Source of the DNA: a virus
Taxonomy: Duplodnaviria; Heunggongvirae; Uroviricota; Caudoviricetes
Virus record (IMG/VR): IMGVR_UViG_3300032335_000499
Strand: one strand, 5' to 3'
DNA length: 64,000 nucleotides
The position numbers and the translations under genes were made by a program. The notes under the pieces are model-generated. The model was not told the DNA's origin and ran no database searches. It saw only the letters and a program-made list of their open reading frames with translations. Within the stretch, counting starts at the first letter, position 1. The number at the start of each line of letters is the position of its first letter. Of the stretch, positions 1 to 8,832 are shown piece after piece.

Positions 1-614
1 GCAACAATTTGCATCTTATGATCCATAAAATTTGCAAATGCTGGCGTACTGTTTATTTGTATTTCATTGTCTACAGAAACGTAATTTACTGAGAATTCAC
101 ATAGGTAATTGTTTACTGCTAGAGTGCTAGTATCATTGTATGATACCACTCCGTCGTAAATCACTATAGACAATTTAGTGATTTGACGACTATCATCAGT
201 GGCATCAGTAGATATAATTACCAAATCTACTCCTGCTAATCCTTCTGCATCTAACGCAAGTATTTGTTGCGTAGCTGTAGAAATTGTTGTAGCAAAGAAC
301 ATACTTGTTCTGCTAAATTGATAAATGCCTGACCCAATAGTAAGGCTGTTAGCCGTTAGATCAGCATTAATGATTGCGTTACCAGTAACACCTAAGTTGG
401 TGATTGTGGCTGTGGATGTGTTACTAGATACTGTTATTATATTACTAAAAGCTCTTTGGTTATTAGTAGATATAGTTAGAATGGACCCATTAGCTCCTGT
501 ACCAAGATTTGGTTCAGCTTGGCTAAGTCCTAAAAATTCGTGGCGAGAATTGGTTAGGTCACTGTACGGAGTAACTACTACTCTGCCACTTAACAGTTTA
601 GACCCATTAGCCAT
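1..614 (-). CDS. Virion structural / fibre-associated protein, 3' end beyond window
   Basis: Not in the ORF track. Open frame from ATG at 614 (MANGSKLLSGRVVVTPYSDL...EPNLG...) to the window edge, 3 nt after the stop of 618..956; Thr/Asn/Ser-rich. Confidence 0.7.
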   Translation of the reverse strand, partial: MANGSKLLSGRVVVTPYSDLTNSRHEFLGLSQAEPNLGTGANGSILTISTNNQRAFSNIITVSSNTSTATITNLGVTGNAIINADLTANSLTIGSGIYQFSRTSMFFATTISTATQQILALDAEGLAGVDLVIISTDATDDSRQITKLSIVIYDGVVSYNDTSTLAVNNYLCEFSVNYVSVDNEIQINSTPAFANFMDHKMQIV

Positions 615-617
615 ATT

Positions 618-956
618 TTATGATCCGGTAACCAATGTTTCTAAATAGCTCAACACCAACTGTGAGCTGGCATTGGCACTACTTGTAAATTGCAATGTAT
701 CTCCAAAATTTAAAATTAATCGTCCGGTTAGTACCGTAATAGAGTCATTGACCGGAACACTAGCTTGATTAATAAGAGATGTATAATTGCTTGAACGATT
801 AATTCCAGCTGATATTTGTATAGTACTGTTACCAGTATTACTAACTTGTGCCATCAAAACAACAGTAGCATACCCCACCGGTGGAGTATACACGTTGCCT
901 GTAGTTGTGGTTAGATCAACTAGTGTTGTTCTAAAATTGTTTAATGCTGCTGGCAT
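618..956 (-). CDS. Small beta-rich virion protein
   Basis: 112 aa, late-promoter motif at 980-987 and AAGGGA RBS; lies between fibre-like genes. Confidence 0.65.
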   Translation of the reverse strand: MPAALNNFRTTLVDLTTTTGNVYTPPVGYATVVLMAQVSNTGNSTIQISAGINRSSNYTSLINQASVPVNDSITVLTGRLILNFGDTLQFTSSANASSQLVLSYLETLVTGS

Positions 957-982
957 AATCTTCCCTTATTCTTTCTTACTAT

Positions 983-2695
983 TTAGTCACTACCCAACGC
1001 CAATATAAACGGCGTCATTTGAGCAAATAAACTTACATAAAAATCGGTACCTGTAATAGTACCAGTAGCTTGACTGATAGTAAATCCATCACCTACTTTA
1101 AAATTTCCTTTTTGATCAGTGCTTGTAAATGTTATGACTGCTCCATTTGTAGCGATAACTTCATTCGCTTCTATAGGTATACCACCATATTGCGGTAGTG
1201 CAGTTGCTGGGTTAGTTCCTGCACCTACATATTCAAATGTGTGGGCGCTTGCGATGATTGAGCTTCTTGTGAAAAATTCAATATTTGTACCAGGTGCCGG
1301 AGTCCCGTTATAAACTTGTTGTATTACTACTGTTGATTTTCCAGCACTTGGTTGATTAGGTAAAATAGTATCAATGGTATAATAAACCGGATCCCCATCG
1401 ATAAGCATAACCGTATTTACGTGCGGTTGACCATCAGTCAGCGTATTAAGCACGAATGTTCCAAACTGTTCGGATTCTAATACTCCAGATGTTTGTAATG
1501 GTCCAACACCATCAGCAATTAAACCATAATTACCAATTGAGCAGTCACTTCCGTTAAGTGTACAGAAACCACCAGACTCTACCTTAATGCCGATATCACA
1601 CGCAATAGTATAGATGTTAACTAACTGACTATAGCCTGAGTTTACGATATGAATACCTTTACCACCACGATTGATAATAGTAAAGAAGCCGACAATCATT
1701 GCCTTAGTACTGATACTGCTAACATTGTTTCCGTCAATATATACGGCAGTACCGGTTGTAGTAGATGAAGTTAGATTTTGAATATATGGACTTACAAAAA
1801 CGTTTTGTGTAGGTGTAGCAGGATCATAACTGAATCCGTTTGCTGTATAATCTCTAATCGTAATACCCCAAACATAACTACCGTTACGCACATAGAATAA
1901 GTCAGCAGATGGTGTCTGTGGAACTACAAAGACACTTCTAAGATTGTCACCCATCAGTGATACATTTGCAGGGATAGTAACAGGATTTGCTTCGGTGTAT
2001 GTTCCCGGAGCCACGTGAACTGAGAAGCCGCCGGCGCTAGCAGCAGCCAATGCAGCCTTAATTGTTAAGTAAGGTTTGTTAATGTCGCCGTTGTTAGCAT
2101 CGTTCCCGTTGGTTGCTACGTACAGTATTTTAGCACTCGTGTTGAACGTCAACGGGGTTCCGTTACCAGAATAGGAATTCGCTATTACATTACCGATGTT
2201 TGCGTTTAATACCCTAAGAGTACTAACATCTTGATCAAAAGTAAAATTAGCACTTCCTGCAAATTCGCCTTCATCATTAAATTGTACCTGAGTATTAGAA
2301 CCGCCGGGGGGTGTAAGATTGCCGGCGCCAGTAGCAGCCCAAGTTAATACACCGTTACCATTTGTTTGTAGGAAGTAGCCATTTTGACCGCCTCCAATTG
2401 AGAGTGAGGAAGCATTGCCCAACGAAAGGATGTTGCCATTCCAAGTTGCGTTAGGGATTCCATCAATTGCGCCACCGTTATTAAATTGTAGCTGAGTATT
2501 ATTACCACCGGCAGCGGCGGTAGCTACGAATGGTTGACCGTTAGCCCATTTGTAATAGCTTGCATAAAATACATTGGCAGCAACGTTTCCAGTGGTTAAC
2601 ACATTAGTAACAACGTTACCATTGGCATCTACTACAGGAACTTCTGGTAATCCTGCTGAAAAACCGCCTAATGAATTAAAGTATTCTGCTGACAT
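983..2695 (-). CDS. Tail fibre/spike-like protein with pectin-lyase-like beta-helix
   Basis: GGxNTQxQFN fibre repeats, then YVATNGNDANNGDINKPYLTIKAAL...VAPGTYTE, the typical entry into a right-handed beta-helix; ATG at 2695; late promoter 2719-2726. Confidence 0.7.
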   Translation of the reverse strand: MSAEYFNSLGGFSAGLPEVPVVDANGNVVTNVLTTGNVAANVFYASYYKWANGQPFVATAAAGGNNTQLQFNNGGAIDGIPNATWNGNILSLGNASSLSIGGGQNGYFLQTNGNGVLTWAATGAGNLTPPGGSNTQVQFNDEGEFAGSANFTFDQDVSTLRVLNANIGNVIANSYSGNGTPLTFNTSAKILYVATNGNDANNGDINKPYLTIKAALAAASAGGFSVHVAPGTYTEANPVTIPANVSLMGDNLRSVFVVPQTPSADLFYVRNGSYVWGITIRDYTANGFSYDPATPTQNVFVSPYIQNLTSSTTTGTAVYIDGNNVSSISTKAMIVGFFTIINRGGKGIHIVNSGYSQLVNIYTIACDIGIKVESGGFCTLNGSDCSIGNYGLIADGVGPLQTSGVLESEQFGTFVLNTLTDGQPHVNTVMLIDGDPVYYTIDTILPNQPSAGKSTVVIQQVYNGTPAPGTNIEFFTRSSIIASAHTFEYVGAGTNPATALPQYGGIPIEANEVIATNGAVITFTSTDQKGNFKVGDGFTISQATGTITGTDFYVSLFAQMTPFILALGSD

Positions 2696-2772
2696 CAACT
2701 TATCCCATTCTTAAATAATATTTATCATTATTTGTTAGAATTTACCGCAGAATAAAGTTTTTAGGTTCGCTT

Positions 2773-2780
2773 TATAAATA
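2773..2780 (+). promoter_or_regulatory. T4-type late promoter TATAAATA
   Basis: Exact T4 gp55 consensus, 4 nt before ATG 2785. Confidence 0.8.
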
Positions 2781-2784
2781 CAAT

Positions 2785-3153
2785 ATGCTTACTCATCCCC
2801 AGCCAAGACCTATATGCAGTCATTGCAAGTTTTCACTCGCAAAGCCTAATGGGAAGAGTAAACATGGATTTCAGAAGTGGCACAAGTATTGCGAAGACTG
2901 TGCTAAGTCAATGTATTCAGGTAGATTCAAGCATCTGCAACACAAAGGAAGTGTGTGTGAAGAATGTGCCTTTGTTCCTGAAGATAGAGTTCAGCTTGAT
3001 TTAGTATACAAAGATGGAAACAAGAAGAACAAAAAGAAAAATAATCTATTGACACTGTGTGCTAACTGTGCTAGACTGTATAATAAGAAACTGCGTACAG
3101 GTAAGAAGTCAATAATGAATGCTACCGTAGACGGCGATACTAGGATATCTTAG
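2785..3153 (+). CDS. Zn-finger protein with degenerate HNH-like fold
   Basis: CxxC pairs (CSHC, CEDC, CEEC, CANC); QLDLVYKDGNKKN...NLLTLCANCAR matches the HNH scaffold but lacks the His residues. Confidence 0.7.
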   Translation: MLTHPQPRPICSHCKFSLAKPNGKSKHGFQKWHKYCEDCAKSMYSGRFKHLQHKGSVCEECAFVPEDRVQLDLVYKDGNKKNKKKNNLLTLCANCARLYNKKLRTGKKSIMNATVDGDTRIS

Positions 3154-3554
3154 GAAATTTCTCCGACCATCTTAATGTTTTGTTTATCAAATACATAATA
3201 GTTCTCAATACCGCCCTCAAAGATACGCACTGAATCGTAGCCCATACCTTCGATTGAACTTAGATATTGTTCAATGATTTCCCAAGTGTCGCTTGACCTA
3301 TCCATATAATCACTCATAGTTTCAATATCGGTTTCTGTATATGGGTCGTAAATCGGAAGTAGTGGCTCAACTTCGTTCTCATCAAGTGAATCAAACATCA
3401 TACCTAGATTTAGTTTATACTGATACACTTCCCCGTACTCTTTAGAGAAATTAGCATTAGAAGAAAAATACATTCCATCATGAGGTTCCGGATTGTCGCC
3501 GCCGTGATAGGCAGTGACCATTGATGCAGCTTCAATAAGAGTGTGAAAGTCCAT
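3150..3554 (-). CDS. Putative ADP-ribosyltransferase-fold protein, possibly head-packaged
   Basis: AYHGG...GMYFS...EYG...GYDSV...ENYYVF motif order; start reassigned to ATG 3554 (MDFHTLIEAA), 4 nt after late promoter AATAAATA at 3559-3566. Confidence 0.5.
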   Translation of the reverse strand: MDFHTLIEAASMVTAYHGGDNPEPHDGMYFSSNANFSKEYGEVYQYKLNLGMMFDSLDENEVEPLLPIYDPYTETDIETMSDYMDRSSDTWEIIEQYLSSIEGMGYDSVRIFEGGIENYYVFDKQNIKMVGEIS

Positions 3555-3561
3555 ATTGTAT

Positions 3562-4314
3562 TTATTGTTGCTTACAGTTATCACCGTGCCAACGAGCGTA
3601 GCCATTCACTGCAACTTCTTTGCTACAATGAGGGCATAGTTTCTTCTCACGCTTCATGCCACGTATTGCTTCTGATTTCTTAGCAATGGTTTCAGCGGAT
3701 TGTTTGCGACCTATTGCCTTCTGTCGGATTTTGTCTCTAGTTTCATTAGTAACTTCTACCCCATAACGGTTGTTGTTTTCACCGGTCTTAGCAGCAGACA
3801 TCTTAGCCTTCCAATCATCAGTAAAGGGTAATCGTTTTATCCCAGTCTTTGCTTCACTTATCTTTGCTCCTACTCCTGGTCTTTTTGCAGGATTATTATC
3901 ACCTGCAGCGCGGTCACTTCTTCCTTTGCGAACTTCTTCACTGACCGGTCTGCCGTACATCGGGTTACCTTCACCGCTGTAGCGTTCACTTTGTAGTTTG
4001 GAGTATTCCTCTTTAAGATTACTATATACTCTTGCGGTGATTTTGTTTGAGTATCGTTGCTGATTTTTATTTTCAGCCCGCATGATTCTGAGAGCATTGA
4101 CCATCTTCCAATGTTCTTCACTTTCTTTATATATCTTTGTCAATAACCAATGGCAGATGAAGTGTTCTCTTGCAGTTAGCTTAGTAATATTTTTAGGTAA
4201 GTTAGTTCCTCCCAGTGATTGGGGGATTATATGATGAGATTCGGTGTAGGACTCCATAAGTCTATTTTGTCCGCGCTTAGTAATAGAAGCGTACCATGTT
4301 TCGTATTTGTTCAT
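3562..4314 (-). CDS. Free-standing HNH homing endonuclease with NUMOD3-type repeats
   Basis: ESHHIIPQSLGG...LTAREHFICHWLL HNH motif, repeated GENN/GEGNPMYG...S.E.R.KI segments, C-terminal CPHC...HGDNCK; ATG 4314 follows TATAAATA (alternative start 4335). Confidence 0.85.
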   Translation of the reverse strand: MNKYETWYASITKRGQNRLMESYTESHHIIPQSLGGTNLPKNITKLTAREHFICHWLLTKIYKESEEHWKMVNALRIMRAENKNQQRYSNKITARVYSNLKEEYSKLQSERYSGEGNPMYGRPVSEEVRKGRSDRAAGDNNPAKRPGVGAKISEAKTGIKRLPFTDDWKAKMSAAKTGENNNRYGVEVTNETRDKIRQKAIGRKQSAETIAKKSEAIRGMKREKKLCPHCSKEVAVNGYARWHGDNCKQQ

Positions 4315-4319
4315 AGTAT

Positions 4320-4372
4320 TATTTATATTTGTCATCTCGTTATAATATAATACTATTTGGTTTAATAGTCAA
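4320..4372 (-). promoter_or_regulatory. Tandem sigma70-like promoter (TTGACT-17-TATATT) and late promoter (TATAAATA) of the endonuclease gene
   Basis: -35 at 4372-4367, -10 at 4349-4344, late box at 4327-4320. Confidence 0.6.
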
Positions 4373-4402
4373 AAGAAAAGGGGACATTTCTGCCCCCTTT
4401 TC
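4371..4402 (-). terminator. Intrinsic terminator after major capsid gene
   Basis: GAAAAGGGG/CCCCTTTTC inverted repeat (4375-4383, 4394-4402) with T-run on the minus strand. Confidence 0.8.
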
Positions 4403-4430
4403 AAATTTGTTCTTACGAACCAATAATTTC

Positions 4431-5627
4431 TTATTGGAAGGTGAGATTTTGTACTGCAATTTCCCCAACGTAGTCTGCTGCGTTGCCGAAGCTGCTTGCA
4501 GTATTAGTGAGTTCTATGTAGCCATAACGTGTCATAAATGATACGACCGGTTCGAATGTTGACGGATCAAGAACAACGCCTGAAGACATCAACGGAATGT
4601 ATGGGCAGTAGAATGCTGCTGCATCAGTTTCCGATGAACCCTTGTATCCAACAAGTACTGGCTGAGTGTCTGGTGCATATGAGTTAACAAATACACGCAT
4701 TGCACCGTTAAGAGTACCAACGAACTTAGTGTTAGTTGGAGCTTCGAAAGTGCCTTCAGTTGTACGAGCGAATGCAGAAGTTGTAGCTGACTGAAGAACA
4801 GTCAACGAAGCTGGTGAAACAACAGCCCAGTTACCTGCACCACGACGGGTACGCTGTGCAATCAAGTTTGCAACGCGGTTGATAAGAACAGCTAGAGCAG
4901 CGTGTTCGTCACCAACGTAAGTAGCAGTACCTGAAACAGTTGCTTGGTTGAATGTGTATTCAGTTGAAGCAAGAGTTGCAAGTGAAAGCAAGATTTCCTG
5001 ATCGATTTCAGCAGTAATTTCTTGTGCAAGAGCAGCCATAATTTCTGCTTCTACGTCGATACCATGCTGTGACTGAGCGTCCTGAGCAGCTTCGAAAGTC
5101 CAGCGAGCTTGTAGCTTACGTGACTTGGCTTCAACAGCCTGACGAAGAATCTGAACAGAAATCTGCTTACCACCATTACCTTCTAGAGCCGCTGTATCAG
5201 CGCCTGTGTAGAAGCTAGTGTCGGTTGCATCAAGCGGTACTCGTGAGTATGCCTGTGCAATCTTGAATGGTGAAAGAGCTTCTTCACCAGCAGTTACCGA
5301 AGTTGCTGCTGCTGAGTTGTCAGTCAATGAGTTTGCGTAACGCACACGTAGAGTGTGAATCTGACCAACTGGGCCAGTCATTGGCTGAACACCAACTAGT
5401 TCGTTAGCGATAACAGTTGGCATAACACGACGAATTACCGGAAGGATAACACGGTTTAGTGTTGCAATGTTACCGGCAGTTGTAGTTCCGGCTGAACTTT
5501 CAGCAAGAAGCTGCTTCTTGGTATTTTCAAGCAATACGTTCATTGTTGAACGACGATTGCCCTTTAAGCCTTCAAGCAGGGCGTCTTTTGTTTCGCCCCA
5601 ACGGCTTTCTAAGAGTACTTTTGACAT
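4431..5627 (-). CDS. gp23: Major capsid protein, T4 gp23-like
   Basis: VIRRVMPTVIANELVGVQPMTGPVGQIHTLR, AKSRKLQARWTFEAAQD, AFYCPYIPL, FMTRYG motifs. Confidence 0.97.
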   Translation of the reverse strand: MSKVLLESRWGETKDALLEGLKGNRRSTMNVLLENTKKQLLAESSAGTTTAGNIATLNRVILPVIRRVMPTVIANELVGVQPMTGPVGQIHTLRVRYANSLTDNSAAATSVTAGEEALSPFKIAQAYSRVPLDATDTSFYTGADTAALEGNGGKQISVQILRQAVEAKSRKLQARWTFEAAQDAQSQHGIDVEAEIMAALAQEITAEIDQEILLSLATLASTEYTFNQATVSGTATYVGDEHAALAVLINRVANLIAQRTRRGAGNWAVVSPASLTVLQSATTSAFARTTEGTFEAPTNTKFVGTLNGAMRVFVNSYAPDTQPVLVGYKGSSETDAAAFYCPYIPLMSSGVVLDPSTFEPVVSFMTRYGYIELTNTASSFGNAADYVGEIAVQNLTFQ

Positions 5628-5659
5628 TATATTATTCTCCTAAATTATGTCGGTTTTTA

Positions 5660-6766
5660 TTATAGCCCTGCTAATCGCTTGAGGTCGATCACGTTATCTG
5701 TTTCTGTGATATCAACTTCTACGGTCTTTTTGGCAGTTTTATCACCAGTTGCTTCTGCAATAATAGATTCAGTTAGTGCCTTTTTCTTAGGGGCAATATC
5801 TGAGCCAGTATTGAGAACGGCTGGTAGATACTTGTTGAAAGCGTTTTCTAGCTTTGCTGTCTGTACGCTTTCTAGTAATGCTCCCATTACTTCGGCTTTC
5901 TCAGTGTTAAGTGTTGACAATAGTTGACCCATTGTCTTCTCACGCTGCGAAGATTCCTTAATAATGCGAACTTCACGGTCTTTCGATTCTACAATCTTAG
6001 CTGCTTGTTGCAACTTCGATGTAGCTTCGGCAAGTTGTCTTTCCTTAGAAGCAAGAACATTCATTACCTTGCGAGTTTCTGCCTTATCATTTAGATAAGT
6101 TACAGAGAATTCACTTGCAAAGCTTTCGAAAATCTTACGTCCAAAGTTATTTTGTCTTGCAATCTTGATATCTTCTTTAAGCTGTGATAGTTCACCCTTA
6201 AGTTGACCTGCGACTGCTGAGCTAAGCTTCTTGGCACTTTCAGCAATGAATTTTGCTTTGAGTGCTTCAAGCTGCTTACGACCTTCTGCAACTAACTTAA
6301 CCTTAGCTTCGACCACTGCTTGTCTATCTTGTGAGAATTCTTTAATTTCTCTTGATAGGGCGTGAACAACGAATTGCTCTAGCTTCTGCTGATTTTCCAT
6401 CTGTACCTTACGATCTGAACGTAATTCACGGATTTCTTCGGCTAACTTAGTGACCATAAAGTCGTTGAACTTAGCTGCATTTTCACGAAGCTTAAGCTTC
6501 GCTTGAACACGGTCTTCGTTCATCGCTTTTCTCTCGTCTACAAATTCACGAATTTCGTCTGAGAGATTTTCAGCCATCATCTTGTCAAGGGCTTCAACCA
6601 TCACGCTACGATCATGTTCATAACGTTGTGCAAATTCCTCATGGAGTTCTGCACGTACTTGCTGACGAGCTTCATTCAACTTAACTTCCCAGGCTTCATT
6701 TAACTGCTGCCCGATATCTTCGTTGATGAGACCACTTTCAAGTAATGGCTTGATAGCATCTAACAT
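5660..6766 (-). CDS. gp22: Prohead core scaffold protein, gp22-like
   Basis: Coiled-coil, Glu/Lys-rich, GRKIFESFASE motif, located between protease and capsid genes. Confidence 0.85.
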   Translation of the reverse strand: MLDAIKPLLESGLINEDIGQQLNEAWEVKLNEARQQVRAELHEEFAQRYEHDRSVMVEALDKMMAENLSDEIREFVDERKAMNEDRVQAKLKLRENAAKFNDFMVTKLAEEIRELRSDRKVQMENQQKLEQFVVHALSREIKEFSQDRQAVVEAKVKLVAEGRKQLEALKAKFIAESAKKLSSAVAGQLKGELSQLKEDIKIARQNNFGRKIFESFASEFSVTYLNDKAETRKVMNVLASKERQLAEATSKLQQAAKIVESKDREVRIIKESSQREKTMGQLLSTLNTEKAEVMGALLESVQTAKLENAFNKYLPAVLNTGSDIAPKKKALTESIIAEATGDKTAKKTVEVDITETDNVIDLKRLAGL

Positions 6767-6781
6767 TTTATTTGATTCCTT

Positions 6782-7420
6782 TTATAATTTAAGTTCATTG
6801 ATGAGACGCTTTACTTCCTCACCAAGGAATCGTTGTACTTTTTTGTCACCCTGTACTTCCTTAGCAATCTCTAACATTTTATGTCCGTGCTTCATGTTCA
6901 TGAGACTTTCATAAATTGCTTTGGGATATGCGTTCGGTGCGCTAGGTTGGGCGACGATATCAACAGTGATGATTTCAAAATCACTGACTTTACCATCCAT
7001 GTCGTTTACATTACCTGATCCACGACTGGATACACCTAGCTTTACTCCTGACTCCAACATAGTTCTTACTAGTTGACCCATTGGAGTAGGAAGAATTTTT
7101 AGTTTGCCAAAACCGTTGGCCCCGTCCATCCACATGCTTGTAATCATGTGTGATACACGGTCTAAATTGATTTTAAGATCATCGGGATGGTCGACTTCAC
7201 CGAGAACGGAGTAGCCTTCTGAGATTTGCTTGTTTAGAGTATCTACCGCAGTTTCAATTTCATTGACGGGGTAAACACGCTCATTTGCGTTTTTTACCCC
7301 GCCCTGAATGAAAATCCCCTTCATATAGAGGGTCTTAAAATCGGCGCCCTCTTCACGAATAGATTCGACCACCATGCCTGCGCGGTCGAACGTTAGATTT
7401 TCTCTGAGATACAAAGCCAT
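6782..7420 (-). CDS. gp21: Prohead maturation protease, gp21-like
   Basis: GIFIQGGVKNANERVYP, LGEVDHP, GVSSRGSG, DIVAQPSAPNA motifs. Confidence 0.95.
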   Translation of the reverse strand: MALYLRENLTFDRAGMVVESIREEGADFKTLYMKGIFIQGGVKNANERVYPVNEIETAVDTLNKQISEGYSVLGEVDHPDDLKINLDRVSHMITSMWMDGANGFGKLKILPTPMGQLVRTMLESGVKLGVSSRGSGNVNDMDGKVSDFEIITVDIVAQPSAPNAYPKAIYESLMNMKHGHKMLEIAKEVQGDKKVQRFLGEEVKRLINELKL

Positions 7421-7435
7421 TTCTCTCAGATTCCC

Positions 7436-8287
7436 TTAGCGAATTGGTCTACGTGCTGGTCTACGTGATTCAGCAACTGGGCTTCTTGTGTGCGCGCCAT
7501 CGTCACCGTGCTTTGGCTTAGGAGCTGCTTCGCCCTTGTCCTTGAAGTTGTCCTTACCCGGAGCATTCTTGAAGTTGCCTGCACCCTTTACAGATGTTTC
7601 ACCCTTTGAGTAGAAATTGCTTGGAGCCTTAGGAGCAGTAGGAACTGCTTCATCGTGACCGCTGAACTTTACTGGGTTGCTGTCCATGCCAGCCTGACCT
7701 GAGTTCTGTAGGCTCGGGCTTCTTGTCTGTACGCCATTGTCGCCATGAGTTACAGAAACTTTCTTAAGCTGAACAGCTTCCATCATTGCTTCTTCGTCTT
7801 CTTCGCCGTCGAAGTCCATTTCGTCGCCGTCCATGTCGCCTTCTTCGCCGCCGAAGTCCATGTCATCGCCTGCGTCTGCGCCGCCGCCCATGATGTCTTC
7901 AAATTCAGCCATCAACTGGTCTAGCTTGTCTTCGATGCGGATTACAGCATCTTCAACTTCATCGCCGCCTTCTAGGTCTTCGCCGTCTTCGTCGCTTCCG
8001 AATTCTACTTCTTCATCACCAAAGTCGATGTCTTCTTCTTCATCTTCGGTCATGCCTTCTTCTTCTGCATTGATTTCGTCAAGTAGATCACCTACTTGTC
8101 CGCCCATGCCGCCGTCTTCACCTTCTTCAAGTGAATCGTCGTCCATGTCCATGTCATCTTCAGCCAAGATTGACTCAAAGATTTCGCGGGATTTTTCAAC
8201 ACAAATTTCGTGGAATAGCTCGTTAGCTCTTTCGTTGTCCTCATTGATTACGAGGTCAATTAACTTTTCAAATTTCTTAATGTCCAT
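7436..8287 (-). CDS. Highly acidic prohead core/internal protein
   Basis: Asp/Glu-rich N-terminal two thirds, Lys/Pro/Gly-rich C-terminus; position of T4 gp67/gp68; RBS AGGAGA; late-like box CATAAGTA at 8324-8331. Confidence 0.7.
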   Translation of the reverse strand: MDIKKFEKLIDLVINEDNERANELFHEICVEKSREIFESILAEDDMDMDDDSLEEGEDGGMGGQVGDLLDEINAEEEGMTEDEEEDIDFGDEEVEFGSDEDGEDLEGGDEVEDAVIRIEDKLDQLMAEFEDIMGGGADAGDDMDFGGEEGDMDGDEMDFDGEEDEEAMMEAVQLKKVSVTHGDNGVQTRSPSLQNSGQAGMDSNPVKFSGHDEAVPTAPKAPSNFYSKGETSVKGAGNFKNAPGKDNFKDKGEAAPKPKHGDDGAHTRSPVAESRRPARRPIR

Positions 8288-8394
8288 TAGATTTTCTCCT
8301 GAATAGAAATGGCTTTGTAGAATTACTTATGCCGTAGTCAGGAAAAGTACTCAATAAGTACTACTTTTTTGAGTTTTTTATATTACTATAGTAA

Positions 8395-8625
8395 TTAGGC
8401 GGCGGCGCCGGCTTCTGCTTCTGGTTTAGCCCCGTATTGATTACGGACCTTGCCCAAATAAATCTGCTTCTCATAGTTACGCACATCAATCATTCTACGT
8501 AATTTTCTAATCTGAGCGAGAGTCAATTTAGTTTTGCGGGATGTTCTCCACACCGGCTTGCTGTTGTCATCATTGACATCTTGTAGACCATTAATTGGTG
8601 CATCGAACATTTCAAACAGTTGCAT
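8395..8625 (-). CDS. Small basic head-module protein
   Basis: RKTKLTLAQIRKLRRM; late promoter GATAAATA at 8631-8638, 5 nt before ATG. Confidence 0.7.
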   Translation of the reverse strand: MQLFEMFDAPINGLQDVNDDNSKPVWRTSRKTKLTLAQIRKLRRMIDVRNYEKQIYLGKVRNQYGAKPEAEAGAAA

Positions 8626-8629
8626 ATTT

Positions 8630-8827
8630 TTATTTATCTTTTTGTGATTTGTAGTCTATCCAAAATCCAATGGCTACAATAATATTCATCCCAAGTGATG
8701 CTAATATTATATGCAAGTCTTGGTAGATACTCATATTCATACTTAAGTGAACATGACCCACCATCCAAAACGGAATAGCTAAATTCTGAGAAATCCAAAT
8801 TAAAAGAAACTTTATAAAGTCTTTCAT
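8630..8827 (-). CDS. Small two-TM membrane protein
   Basis: 65 aa, two hydrophobic segments, basic C-terminus; tightly packed between portal and head gene. Confidence 0.6.
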   Translation of the reverse strand: MKDFIKFLLIWISQNLAIPFWMVGHVHLSMNMSIYQDLHIILASLGMNIIVAIGFWIDYKSQKDK

Positions 8828-8832
8828 TTAAT

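Noticed and set aside
7833-8306. 157-aa Ser-rich plus-strand ORF
   Set aside because: Antisense mirror of GAA/GAC/GAT codons of the acidic core protein.
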